From Camelus ferus (taxonomy: Eukaryota): a stretch of 64,000 nucleotides of DNA. The stretch lies in contig NC_045696.1 in the NCBI RefSeq assembly GCF_009834535.1, forward strand, positions 81,160,001-81,224,000, read 5' to 3'. Below the pieces are notes generated by a model. That model had not been told where the DNA came from, did not search any database, and worked only from the letters and a program-made list of their open reading frames with translations. A program made the position numbers and the translations under genes. This document shows, in pieces, positions 52,165 through 64,000 of this stretch; the stretch's first letter is position 1; each line of letters starts with the position of its first letter.

Positions 52165-54025
52165 GTTTCCACTTTTTATAGGATGGACTAAGCTTTGAAC
52201 ACACTAACCTTCCACAGATAGCAACTATGACTCAGGACAAAATATTAAAAAGTAGCTACCTGAAGGTTTTTGAGAGTGAAAAAAGGCAGGCAGATTTTGT
52301 AGAGCAGTAGGGCATCTATAGTTGTTGCCTGGCACAGGACAGCTGAAGCTCTGATGAAAATTGCTATCCTTCTTGCCTGGGTTACAAGAAGACAGAGGCT
52401 GGAGTGACCAGCCTGAAAGTAAGAGGGCAGCACCAGAAAGGAGAGAGTCAGACCACGAAAGCCCCAGGTGGTGTGTGTAAACTTTGCCCAAGTCTCTGGT
52501 TGACTTCTGAACATGCCTGCATTGGACAGACTCAAAGCAACACAATGAACTAAAAGAATTTAACTGAGATTTGACCTGTTAACCTATAGTAGGCAAGACA
52601 AAATTTGTAGTTTAACAAAGTTAATTGCCATTAACATAAACATCAGTACTGTTCAAAGGAATATAACAGAGTAGAGTCTTCACAACATAGCATTCACAAT
52701 ATTCAGTATATAATCCAAAATTACTTGGCCTGCAAAGAGCCAGGAAAATCTGACCCATTCTTGAGAGTTAGAAGCCAACCCTGAGATGATCTAGAAGCTG
52801 GAATAACCAGACAATGATTTTAAAACAACCATTTTAATTGAGATAAAGGAAAATATTCTTGTAATGAATGAAAGTATAGGGAATTTCAGTAAGAAAATAG
52901 AAAACATTTTTTAAAAAAGCACAAAAAAGAATGTAGAACTAAAAATATAATATCTGAAACAAAAAAAGTCCTCCATATGGACTTAATTAATAGCTGAATG
53001 GAAATAATAGGGGAAAGATTCAGTAAACATAAACATAAATCAGTAGAAATTATTCAAAAAAAGGGTTGAAACAAGTAAACAGAACCCTGAAGCCGGTGGA
53101 ACAAAATTAAAGTCTAACACATATTTAATGTCCCAGAAGGGAAGAAGAATGAGAATAGGGCCAAAAAAGTGTTGAAGAGATAATGGCCAAATTGTTTTCA
53201 GATTTTATGAAAATATAAATGCATAGATTCAAAAAGCTCAGTTAAACCTAAGCAAGATAAATACAGAAAAGATTCACCAAAGCACACTTACAGTCAAGTT
53301 GCTGAACACTAAAGATAAAAAGAAAATCTTGAGGGCGCTTAGAGGAAAATGGCGCACTACATACAGTATGACTGATTCAAATGATTGTGGATTTCCCACC
53401 CAAAGCTCTGAAGGCTGGAAGAAAGTGGAACAGTTTATCTATAAAATTCTAGAGAGGAGAAAAAACTGTCAGACCAGAAATCTAAACCTAGTGAAAATAT
53501 CCTTTGTGAATAAAGGCAAAGATATTTTTAAATAAACAGAAACATAAGTGGCTTCATTGCCAGCAGATCTGTATTATAAGAACTCCTAAAGAAAATTCTT
53601 TAAACTGTAGGGAAATAATATGAGAGGGAAACTTGAATTTTACAGGACATAATGTAAAACATCAGAAATGGTAGATAGCTGTATAAATAAAAAAGACTAG
53701 GTTTCCCCTCAGTTTGATTAAAATACATATGCCTACTTACTGCAAAAGGTATATCATTTTGTGGGGCTTTTAGTGTATGTAGATGTGATATATATGACAA
53801 CTGTAGCATAAAGTGGAGCATATGGTGGAGTAGGGGACTTTAAATGGAATATATGGTTGCAAGGTTTCTACATTTTCTCTGAAATGGTACAGTATTAACT
53901 CTAAATAGATTGTGAAATGTTAAGAATTATATTATCTAGAGCAATACTGAAAAAAAATTAGTGCAAAGAGCCTGGCTAAAAAAGCCAATGGGTAAATTAA
54001 AATGGAATTCAAAAAATTAATTCAA
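52165..54025 (+). mobile_element. Ancient L1 5' region with a decayed ORF1
   Basis: ORF 53299-53535 (LNTKDKKKILRALRGK...KNCQTRNLNLVKISFVNKG) matches L1 ORF1p motifs KDKEKILKAAREK and NCQPRILYPAKLSFKNEG. A-rich sense strand with many stops and frameshifts. Confidence 0.88.
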
Positions 54026-54479
54026 GTGTTTGTGATATGAATAGACTAATGTGGTTAGAGAGCAGATCTTTTTTGGTTCTATGGACTTGTCATGGAATTC
54101 ATCATATTTGGCTTACCATTCCTTCCTTCTACTTCTCTGACTGTTTTCCTTGAATTAACTCTTCCCAAGAGTCCACTGCACTTTGTCACCATGTTTCTCC
54201 ATTTCTTATCAGTGTGTGAGCTTCAGACTTATAGTGCCATTTCTTCAATAATTAAGGTGGTGAGGGTTAGGAAGTTTCAGATGAAGAAAAATATTTAGCA
54301 TGTTATCTTCTGTGGAATACAGATTGTTTTCTCTTAAGGATAAGCTGCTGGCAAATTATAAGCCACAGATTACTATGGGAGCCTGAAAGGTAGCTCACAA
54401 TATTATTAGCAGTGAGTAGATGGGATCTGATGTCCAGGATATTTGACTTTTCTTAATAAAGTTAAATTTTGCTACATAC

Positions 54480-54660
54480 TAATCACTGCCATTTATCACA
54501 TACCAATTACGTGCCAGGCACTAGACAGGGCTCTTTACATGTCATATGTCACTTAATATTCAAAATAATGTCAATGAGAAAAACTATAAATGGACTATTT
54601 TATAGATGAGGACCATAGAGTTAATGATGGTTGGCTGGGATTTAAACCCTTTCCTACGCG
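54480..54660 (-). mobile_element. MIR SINE
   Basis: tacgtgccaggcactag..ctttacatg..attttatagatgagga..ctgggatttaaaccc. Confidence 0.7.
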
Positions 54661-56888
54661 TCACATTTTCTCCTGTTTGAAGTTTATCAAGTTTAGATGT
54701 TGACATCTGCTTTGTCATCATCATTCATCCGTAGATATTTTTGAGCACTTGAGAATAACAAGTTGCAACAAGTTACATGATCCAGTGGTGATGATAGAGG
54801 TGCATGCCTTCCCAAGAGCCCAAGGTGCTAGAAGCTCTTTTTCCCATACCCCTCTACTTCTATCCTAAAATATTAGCCTACTCAAATCTCACAGCATTTG
54901 CAAACGTGATTTGTTATTTTCTACGATGGAGAGGAATAAACCGAGCCCCGAATGAATGGTAATGTAAGAGCTAGGTGTGAAGTCATACGTCTGGGCTCAG
55001 ATCTAAACTCAAATCTAAATTTGAATCCCTGTTCTAGAACTTCAGTGGTAAGGACATGTTTTTCGAAGTGTTCCAGGATTGAGCTGGCTCCTGGCAAAGT
55101 CAGGGTGGTGAGAGGATGGGAATAGCATCTACACCCGCCTGTCACATTTTCTCCTGTCTCATGTCTGGACTGTCATGGCAGGATATCAGATCGGTAGTGA
55201 CATTTATAGGAGATGGAACATTTTTAATTGGAAAGATGAAGCGTTTTTAAGACCCTACTAAAACCAAATTCCAAGTTTCCTTAGAAATATAGCCTTTGAA
55301 AGATGGGAAGGAATCCTAGAGAAAGACATTTTCATATTCTTTCTTTACAGGTGCTTTCACCTTTAAGAAAGCTTTAATGTCTACTTTAAAGACCAAGAGA
55401 TACTTAATGTCTGCTTCTGAGGGAGGGACATACAGTTAGTCAGCCCACAACCAGGGCTACCATTCAGGCTTCCTAACACCTCATGTAGGGCAATCCTAAC
55501 CACATTTTATTTCCACTTCCCCTTAATCTATTCTGGAGGTAATGAGTTTCCCTCTGTGCTTCTTGAACCATTCTCTCTGAATGGACACTTGTAATCAAAA
55601 TGCATATGTTGTAACTTGAATCTTTAAACCCATCTTGGGTCAAGTTGTCATTTGAAGGTGATTAATAAACTTGAAGAGGTGAAGAAATGTGAAGGAGGAA
55701 GTTCGCTGACTTTGGTCATCTCGACTGGTTTTACCAGTACTGTAAATACTTACCTTGAATAAAATACTCAGCAGCATTCAAGACCTTATTTGACCTGCTG
55801 TTGCACTAGATTCGATTGGAATCAAAACTTGTAATCTTTTAAAGCCATATCACTGTGAAATATAGTAAAATTTCCAGCAAGCTTCCAAAATGCATCATTT
55901 CCACTTAAGTGGAAATTTTTAGAAGAGACGGTTGTCACCAAGCCAATAGTTAAAGCCAATAGGCACAGAATCCTGTTAGATTCGGGCTCTGTACAACTGG
56001 GGTGACCTTTTTATCCTAGAGTCTGCATTAAAATCAAAGGAAAAGCCATAAAATGAATTGATTAGATATACCTAAGGCTGTTTTATAAATACAATGAATT
56101 TAAAGTTTAGCTATATTGAATTTGAAAAGGGTCAGTGATAAAAATAGGATTTGACATTATATACTAAGATAGAGTTGAAAACGGTCTCAACAATTAAAAT
56201 CAGAATTTTTGTCCAGTTTTTGCTAGGGAAAAAAAGATTTGCAACAGCATATAATACCCAGGATCATTCTAACTTCCCTTGAGGACCAAGGAGGAAACCC
56301 CTATATCAGCCTCCACATATTCTGGGAAACAGTACCACAAAGTGATTTATTATAAAACAGGCATATTTTTCTATGAGAACATTACCATGGAGAGTAGCAG
56401 CTTATCTGAGCAAGGACTTGGCATCATATAAACTATCTCATCAATAATAAACTATAAAAACAGACATCAAATACAGAGTAAAACTAGTGTCTTAAAGCTT
56501 TACAGTAATTATTACAAGAGTTCCTTTTCTGTACTAGAAAATGGCACACAGAGCCCTACAAACTACGACAATGTGTCATAAATGAGATTATGTAAATGGA
56601 AGTACTTTGCATGGCTCTGTCTTGTATTTGGTACCAGTTAATGTTACTTGAGTCAGAACAAATGTTAAAATATCTATTTGCTCTCCCAGGTGATGTTTCT
56701 GCCTATAAAATTTTCTGTCTCAGTTTACAATATACACTTTTGCTATGAGAGATTATGAAAGAATGACATAGACTGTGAGGTTCTGGACGATCTAGGTTTC
56801 TTCCCGAGATGTCTAAATAGGTCCTCACTTCCCTACATTTCCAGGTAGTTTGTGTTCTAAGTACTGTATTAGGGCTGCCTTAGGTATC

Positions 56889-56899
56889 TGATGATGATA

Positions 56900-56942
<43 letters not shown>

Positions 56943-56978
56943 CGATGATGATGACGATGATGATGATGAAGAAGAAGA
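56889..56978. repeat. Compound (GAT)n-(GAA)n trinucleotide microsatellite
   Basis: About 27 GAT/TGA units with TAA and GAC interruptions, followed by GAA units. Confidence 0.97.
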
Positions 56979-57315
56979 GGGGGAGCATTGTTAAGAATAA
57001 CAGCTAACCCAGCTCCCTCCCTTTGTGCCTTCGCCATCCCAGTTAATTCAGACATGCTATTTCAGTGGCTCACCATCAGCCTACTCCCCTCTCTTCCCAC
57101 CAAAGGGTAACCAAGATACACTGAATTAAGTTTTTTTCCTCCTTCATGACCACAGGGTACATTTGACATCTCCCAGGAATGCTAAGCTAAGCAAATAAGG
57201 CTGTGTCCTTCTCCTCATCCTTCAGGAATGGAGGGGACCAGTCCACTAAATGACCAGAAGTCCCCAAATAACCAGTCTGTCTCAAACTGATTTGCATAAA
57301 GGACTCTCCTAGAAC

Positions 57316-57480
57316 AGTGTCTGTCAACCCTCGTGAAGCAGCAGAGTCACCGATGCGGGGTCTCATCCCCAGACACTATGATCCAGTTGTTCTGTGGTGG
57401 AGATGGCAGGGTTATTTGTTTTTTGTTTTTTTAAAGCTCTCCAGGTACGTCTAATGTACAGCTAGGGTTGCGAACTGCTG
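57316..57480. mobile_element. MER5B-like MITE
   Basis: cagtgtctgtcaaccct...aagctctccaggt..tctaatgtacagctagggttgcgaactgctg. Confidence 0.7.
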
Positions 57481-58419
57481 GGCTACAGCCTTCTTATCTG
57501 CCAAATGAAAGAATAAGGATTAATTGTTTTAACATCTGACAAATAGATTGAAAGTTACAATGGATGCATCAGTAATATTCTTATTCTTTGTTCATCACTT
57601 TCTTCTCCATCACATCATCTCTACACTCTTGCTTTCTAATCAACTTTTTTCTTTGAGGAAACGCAGTGAAAATCAGGCAGGCTAACATATTTCTATTGCT
57701 GACAAACTCAGCAGCCAGAGTGTTGCTGAGGAATTTCAATGGCTGGTGTGTTTGTCCCAGCCTTGGGTATAAATGATACATTATTAACAGCTTATAAAGA
57801 AAATGGTTTTATCAAAAATTTATCTGCTTGAATTTTATCATTGAAGACAGGTAATTCCTGTTCATGGAAGATAAATAGCCTGGTATCCTTTAAGTAACTT
57901 CAGGCATATTTCATGCTCATATTTTGTGTTTGCCTAATGTCTTTCATTGAAAAAGTATTTACCTAATATCTTAAAGCAGGGCTATTATTAACTTGGTTCT
58001 CAAGGAAAGAAGGTCTTAAAAATAATTTTCCCTACTCTCCATTTTTCTTACTGTAAGCATGTGGCAAAGGCTTGGCATCTGTTCAGAATAAATTTTCTGC
58101 TTCCTTTCTGCCTCTAAGTCAATGCACATTTTATCTGAGTTCTCCCCCATTTCCACCTCCTCACCCTTTGGTAATCTACAGGAAACTAGGCCTTACTAAT
58201 TTGAGTGCTTGCTCCCTAAATTACTTATTATTGTATGAGTTCATATTAGCTACAGCTTGTGGAGGGTTTGTATTACCCTATGGGTGATAAAAAATGTCTA
58301 AAAGACAGACCTCTTAATGTGCAATTTTGAGAGAAACTACAAAGGTACAAAGGCAGGGGAATTTGCATAGCCAGGGGACTGGCTATTTGCAGCAGATTGC
58401 TCATTATAAAATGCTGCAC

Positions 58420-58455
58420 ACACAACACTGTAAATCAGCTATACCACAATAAAAA
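58420..58455 (+). mobile_element. Extremely 5'-truncated L1 tail with TSD
   Basis: acacaacactgtaaatcagctataccacaataaaaaa flanked by aaaatgctgcac / aaattgctgcac. Confidence 0.75.
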
Positions 58456-58629
58456 AAATTGCTGCACGTGAGGGGATATTTTTGGCAAAGGGGAACTATT
58501 AAGTAAAATAATTTGGGAGTGGAAACCAATCGTGGACAGAGAAGGTTTCTTCTATTTCTGTACCTACCTGTTGCCCAACGTGCATCCAGATGTTTTCAAA
58601 GCTAATTTTTGTGTTGCTCTAGGATGCTC

Positions 58630-58780
58630 GGGAGTTCTCAAACTTTAATGTGCATCAGAATCCCTAGGAGAACTTGTCAGTACACAAACTGCTGAGCCCT
58701 TCCCAGAAAGTTTTAATCATAGGTCTAGTGTGGGGCCAAGAATTTGCATTCATGAACAAGTTCCCAGGTGATGCTTCCAA
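58630..58780 (-). mobile_element. MER5A MITE
   Basis: gttctcaaactttaatgtgcatcagaatc..tggggccaagaatttgcatt..aacaagttcccaggtgatgct. Confidence 0.85.
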
Positions 58781-60644
58781 TTGAATAATGAGCAGGTATT
58801 CGTGAAATGCAGCTAGTTTTTGGTTTGAGAGATGAGATACCATTCTGCTGAACGAAGCTGTGCCACAAATCCATCTTGCAAGTGACCCAAGTGATGTCTA
58901 CCTGAAGGAACCTGGAGGGTGTGGGAGACCTGGAAGATGGCAGAGAAGCAGTGGCCACATTAATTCTGGGAGATGGGTCTGCTTGCATCCGCATGCAGTG
59001 TCCTACCTGCCTGGATCCATCCTCTAGTCTCTGTGCTTTGAGGCACTTCTCTGGGAACCGATTACTGGCGTTGCCGTGCCTGGCAGTTGACGCCGGCTTC
59101 CAGAACTCTATCTGGGTGGTGGGAATTCCTGCTCCTCAGCCACCATCCCTGTAGCCCTGTATCCATGAAGTTTCTTCCAGGCTCCTCAGACTTCTGCTTC
59201 CTCTTCTTAGTTTACAGAGGGCAGGAGCTATGGATTCTCCCGGATGACCAGCTTTGTCTGGCTGCCGAAAGTCTGTCTTTTTCAGAGTCCTTAATTGGTA
59301 ATCGGCAAGCCTGAACTCCTCAGCTCCTTGGAGAAAGGGAGTATTCAGCGATGGTGACGATTCTTATTTTGAAGCTTTAACACCAAAGTTTGAAATTCTC
59401 CTAAGTGAATAATTTTGGGGATCTACTTCCTGTAGTTATACAATTGGCTTTCTCATATGTGCCTCGAAGCTGCCAAATCTCGTATATAATCCTCATCTCC
59501 CATCAAAAAAAAGGAAAAAAGGGTAGTTCTATTTTTGTGGAAAAAGAGGAAAGAATCCAGGAAACATTTCAGAAGACTGTATTTTTTTCTTAGCTCCTTT
59601 TCCTGATACATGTGAAATCCAGGGAGAATTTGGTCAGTTACTAGCAACACATGAGATTTTTTAAAAGTTAGTATAAAATGTAGCTTCCTCTGACTCCACC
59701 ACAAGAAACTGACAAATTTCTAGTATACACAATTTAAATAAAATTAATCCTCTGTAAAGGCCACTGTTTTCTTATTCACAAGAGTTTCCTTAAGAAGGTA
59801 GTGTGGAAGGGGACCTGTATGTGTCAGGGTTCCTCTCTCATTGTGCAGGTGACACACACTGGGTCCCAGCCTTTAAGGAGCCCACCTACACCGTTCTGCC
59901 GTATAATTAAGAACAGCAATTGTCCGGGTCTGTTATAAGATTAGGGTTCTATCTGCCTCCTGGTGCCATCACGCCTCTCCCCTCTCTTTTGTCAAGTTTT
60001 ACATTCTAAGTTTGTGCTTTGAATCTCACAGAAGGAAAATAATGTTTCTCTTTCATAAGACTTTTTTACATCATTTGTCATGAGCTTTAGAGAACAGTTC
60101 AGTATAACTGTTTCAGTATCTTTTTCTTTTCAGTTTCATTTGTTATTTTAAAATGCTTCAAGATACCATTAGGAGAATCCACAGATAGTTCCTTTGGCAG
60201 AGATGGTGGTTAAAAGAATCCTTTGGCCCTGCATCAAGTCAGTGACCTATAAATACTCCTGCTGGCTCTTCTTTCTCTTCTTTGTGATTCATGAGATGGC
60301 AATCTTGGCCTGATGCTGTGAGCAAAATGTTATTTTGATGATAAGCAAAGATTTTAATATGTACCGGAATTGAAGACACTGATCGTGGCCGAGATGGTTT
60401 CCTGTAGCCCAGACCCTCATTCTCTAGATCTCCTCTCGAGGCTGTGCTGTGAGTGCGGGACACAATGCCAGCTCACTTCATTACAGTTTTTAAATTGTCC
60501 TGTACGATGGCAAACATTACCCTCACTAACCTCCATGTACGGACGATCCAGAGGGCTGTCTGAGATGCATATAAATGTGTGTGTGTGTGTAATGTAGACG
60601 TGCTACAGCTTAAGTGTTAACTTACTGAGATATCAGAAATGTTA

Positions 60645-60900
60645 ATGATATTTAAAATGTATTGTTTGCTCATTTGGACTAGGCTCTGTCTTAATAAGCA
60701 CTTTATGTGTATTAACTTATTTAACCCTCACAACAGCCCTATGAAGTAGATTCTGGTACTATCCCCATTTGCAGATTAAGAAACTGAGACTAAAAGAAGA
60801 TAAATAACTCATTCATGATTTCGCAGAGATTAAGTAGCAGCATCAGAATTTGAACTTGTGTCTATCTGGCTTGAAAGCAAAGTCTTTATACCCTTTGCTA
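60645..60900 (-). mobile_element. MIR SINE
   Basis: ttatttaaccctcacaacagccctatgaagtag..atccccatttgcagattaagaaactgagact. Confidence 0.85.
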
Positions 60901-61638
60901 CCCGGAGGAAACGCCTGCATGTGATCTAACGTGGTCAAAACTTGTTGCCTGTGTAAGGCCATTCCTCTTCCTCGCCAGCTTTGGATTTTTCCTATGAGAA
61001 AGCATATGGGAGGCTGCCTCCCACCTTTCTTCCCCTCTCTTTAGTGTTTCACCTTCAGAGTACTTTTATTTTTCAGAGACACAGGGAAATAGAAAGTGGT
61101 TTACGTCCAAGCAAAATTTGGGGGCTAGATCTCGTACACCTCAATTTATTCAGAATATTCTATTTCCCTGTAATAGATGGGAACTATTGGTGTTTAATGC
61201 TATGCATTCTGTAGGGATATGATTAATCCCTTGCTTCTTCAAAGGGATACTTCACTTTGAAGTGTGGCTGAGACTGTTTATTGGGTAGGTTCCCAGAACC
61301 ATCTGCTTCATTGACTGTTGTAGGTGTTGTCAGTCAGCATGATGGTAACATGAAATCTCTCTCTCTCTATTGTTATTACAGTAATTATTGTATATGTTTA
61401 CATTAATATTAATAATTAGATTGACTATTAATATTAATAAATAGTATATTAATGTTAATATTCATTGGGTAATAAGTATTAAATTATTATCTCTAATTTA
61501 TTGTAACCTCATGCTCCTAAAACTTATAGATCTGATGTTAAAATTTTATATAATATTATACATTAATATTGATTCCTTTTAAAGTGGAGAATGCTTTTAT
61601 TTCATCTTTTGATACATCTCTGAAGGATTGTTCTTTTG

Positions 61639-61781
61639 CTTATTTATTTTCTTTTTCTCAAGTGGGGGAGGTAACTAGGTTTTTATTTATTTATCTCTTT
61701 CTTAACAGAAATACTGAGGATTGAACCCAGGACCTTGTGCATGCTAAGCATGCACTCTGCCACTGAGCTATACCCTCCCCC
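61639..61781 (-). mobile_element. tRNA-derived camelid SINE (Vic-1 type, long-tail variant)
   Basis: The minus strand reads ggggagggtatagctcagtggcagagtgcatgcttagcatgcacaaggtcctgggttcaatcc. Perfect 12-bp TSD attgttcttttg (61627-61638 / 61785-61796). Confidence 0.92.
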
Positions 61782-61899
61782 TGAATTGTTCTTTTGGAGG
61801 CAATGTTTTATTTAGAGGGTTTGGACCACATAGCATATGATAGTTCTCAGGTGGGATCAAGAGAAATAACAAAAGGAGCTAACATTGAAAACTTTGGGA

Positions 61900-62130
61900 A
61901 ATAACAATAACTACTACTGATCAGGAATTTACTACGTGTTAGGCATAGTGCCAAGCATTTTATAGACATTTCTTCATATCAGCTCTACAAGCTGTACGTA
62001 TTTTTATCCTTACTTTACAGATGCAAAAACTGACGTTAGAGATGAAGCATCTGATCCAAGGACACACAGCTCCTAAGTGGTGGACTCTGGAGGCCGGCGC
62101 CTCACACATGATGCTCAATTGCCCCTTAAA
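61900..62130 (-). mobile_element. MIR SINE
   Basis: ttactacgtgttaggcatagtgccaagcattt..ctttacagatgcaaaaactga..ccaaggacacacagct. Confidence 0.8.
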
Positions 62131-62579
62131 ACCCAAGAGTCTGTTACCCTGTTCAGAAAGTCTCGTCTACAGTGTGCAGATAGAACTACAGTGGTTGTGA
62201 GAGCTGTTGCAGCTCAGCTGACACTTTATGTGACTGCCTGGATATTGGGCAGGGCTAAGGCCATCCAGGAGGTGCAAGGCTGAAAGCCGTGGCCTACTGC
62301 CTGGTGCGAATGATACAGAGAGTTAGTGCCTGTCTATTCAGGAGTGCCATGTATCCAGGAGGGAAGGGGCAGGGCATAGGTTCTGGTTTAAAAGGGAACA
62401 GATTCCAGATGGGAAAAGACTTGGCTAACTGTATTTAAGTAAGCTTACATCTGTACAACTATAGATACCATAGCCGTTTTCCTGAGATCAGGAATGGATG
62501 GTGATCTTTCTAGTTATGTGACTCTTTTCCCATATGATGAGTGGGCTATAAGCAGGTATGCATGGATACCTGGAGAGGC

Positions 62580-62830
62580 AAGGTTGATTCTGAAGGACTC
62601 TAGCATGAGACTACATGAGTTTGAATCCAAATTCTAACTTTTATCAGCTTTGTGGGCTTGGGCAACTTACCTCATCTCTGTGTGCCTTAGTTTCCTCATC
62701 TATAAAATGGAAATGCTAATAATAGTACCCCATTATAGAGTTGTTGTATCAATTAAATTAGATAAAACCTGTGACATGCTTAGAACAAAGCTATTGTTCT
62801 AAATGTTTGCAGTTGTTTCTAATCATCATT
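62580..62830 (+). mobile_element. MIR SINE
   Basis: gagtttgaatccaaattct..cttgggcaacttacc..gtgccttagtttcctcatctataaaatggaaatgctaataatagtaccc. Confidence 0.85.
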
Positions 62831-64000
62831 GTTGCTGATGCAAAAGATGCTTAGTGTCTTGGGTAAAAGCAGCTCAGACAAAGCCCTGACCAAATTATGA
62901 ACCATTCTGAGCATCATTCAGATAGTAAATTATGGAAATGAATGCAAGGAGCTAGAGTTGGCAAAGGGGTGGCTGCCTGGCACAGTCGTATACTGGGAGT
63001 GGGAGGGCAACTTGATACAGTTCTTGGGAAGTCAGTTAGGAGATCTGTTATCAAAGGTTCTAAAAAGATGCAAGCCTTTTGACCTTGAAGTTCTGCCTCT
63101 AGAAATAATTTAACATGTCAAAACTGGGTACAAGGATGTGAATTGATATATCTTAGTAGATACCTTCAAATGAGTTCCTTTTTTAGTTTATTAAAAGCCA
63201 GAGTTAGTAAGTTAACATCTTACTTTCAAAATTGGCTTATACTTTTTTTTTGCTGGTTATACACAGTTTTGTCCATAAATGTCTAGATATAAAATTTCAT
63301 CCAAATACTGAGAATTATGAGATCCTGCTGGGAGTCTTTTTTTCTCCTGTGGAGGAAAATTACATAGTACTACCTTTTTAATCAACGTTCTTGAGGCTAC
63401 AAATTCTAATCAGTACAGTAATGTTTTTCACTAACTTGGGGAAGAGGGATTTAAAAAGGTTCCTTCTACCCAGAAATTCTGATACAATTCTAAGGGACAT
63501 GAACCCTGCACATTCTGCCATCCCACATCCATGGAGAATCCTTGATACGGAATAAAGACTTTTGTCTCAAATGTAAATTCTTTTGAACGTCAGATGAGTT
63601 CTATGCAGATGGACCTCCTATGAACTAGTTAATACTGAACAGGTATGATTTTTTGATGTTCATTCTGAATACACAATTTAGGCAAAGTCAGCCCTTCTCA
63701 TTTAGGAAGAATACTGCTATTTTTAAAAAATTTTATTAGCAGGCCATTACTTTCTTTCCTATCTTCTCTTCCTATAATTTGGATTTACCTCCAGGCAATG
63801 TGGCAATTTAAAGGACTGTGATGAATAAACACCAAGGATGTGGCATTCAGACTAGTGTATCTTTAAAAAAACAATCTATAGTATGTGTTTTAATGCCCAG
63901 CTGCTGAGTCTTTGACCTAGAATACTGGCTGCTTGTGTTAGTTGATGTTGGTAGGTTTTATTCTAGTATCTGCTTTGAGATAAAGGCAGAAATTCATTTT

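Noticed and set aside
53299..53535. ORF with L1 ORF1p similarity
   Set aside because: A frameshifted remnant of an ancient L1, not an intact or domesticated gene.
56825..57055. 76-aa minus-strand ORF with a long poly-His run
   Set aside because: It is the translation of the (GAT)n microsatellite, with no supporting gene context.
61370..61570. AT-rich tract with attaatattaat palindromes
   Set aside because: Low-complexity sequence in which palindromes are expected from composition.
1..64000. CRISPR array, operon, retron, or viral gag/pol/env system
   Set aside because: No regularly spaced repeat-spacer array, no long ORFs and no retroviral internal sequence. The window is mammalian non-coding DNA.

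Overview
This is AT-rich eutherian genomic DNA, most likely camelid (alpaca/camel), inferred from three tRNA-derived Vic-1-type SINEs. It reads as intronic sequence of a large gene, probably transcribed on the + strand, that I cannot name. Much of the window is interspersed repeats: MIR, L2, old and young L1, MLT1 and ERV1 solo LTRs, hAT and Tigger DNA transposons, and microsatellites. Repeat family names are recalled from consensus sequences, not searched, and many boundaries are approximate. No ORF in the supplied track looks like a real gene; the only recognisable one is a decayed L1 ORF1. There are no rRNA or tRNA genes, CRISPR arrays or prokaryote-type systems. The most interesting structure is a ~3.8 kb island without recognisable transposons (about 26.8-30.65 kb). 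It holds a cluster of + strand alternative-exon candidates: a 25-nt frameshifting microexon, a downstream exon with stops in all three frames, and a 10-nt microexon. Weaker exon candidates lie at 5.7, 34.0, 35.6 and 39.3 kb, and there is a possible spliced antisense transcript at 55.9-43.7 kb. I cannot claim a previously undescribed system from sequence alone; these are testable hypotheses.
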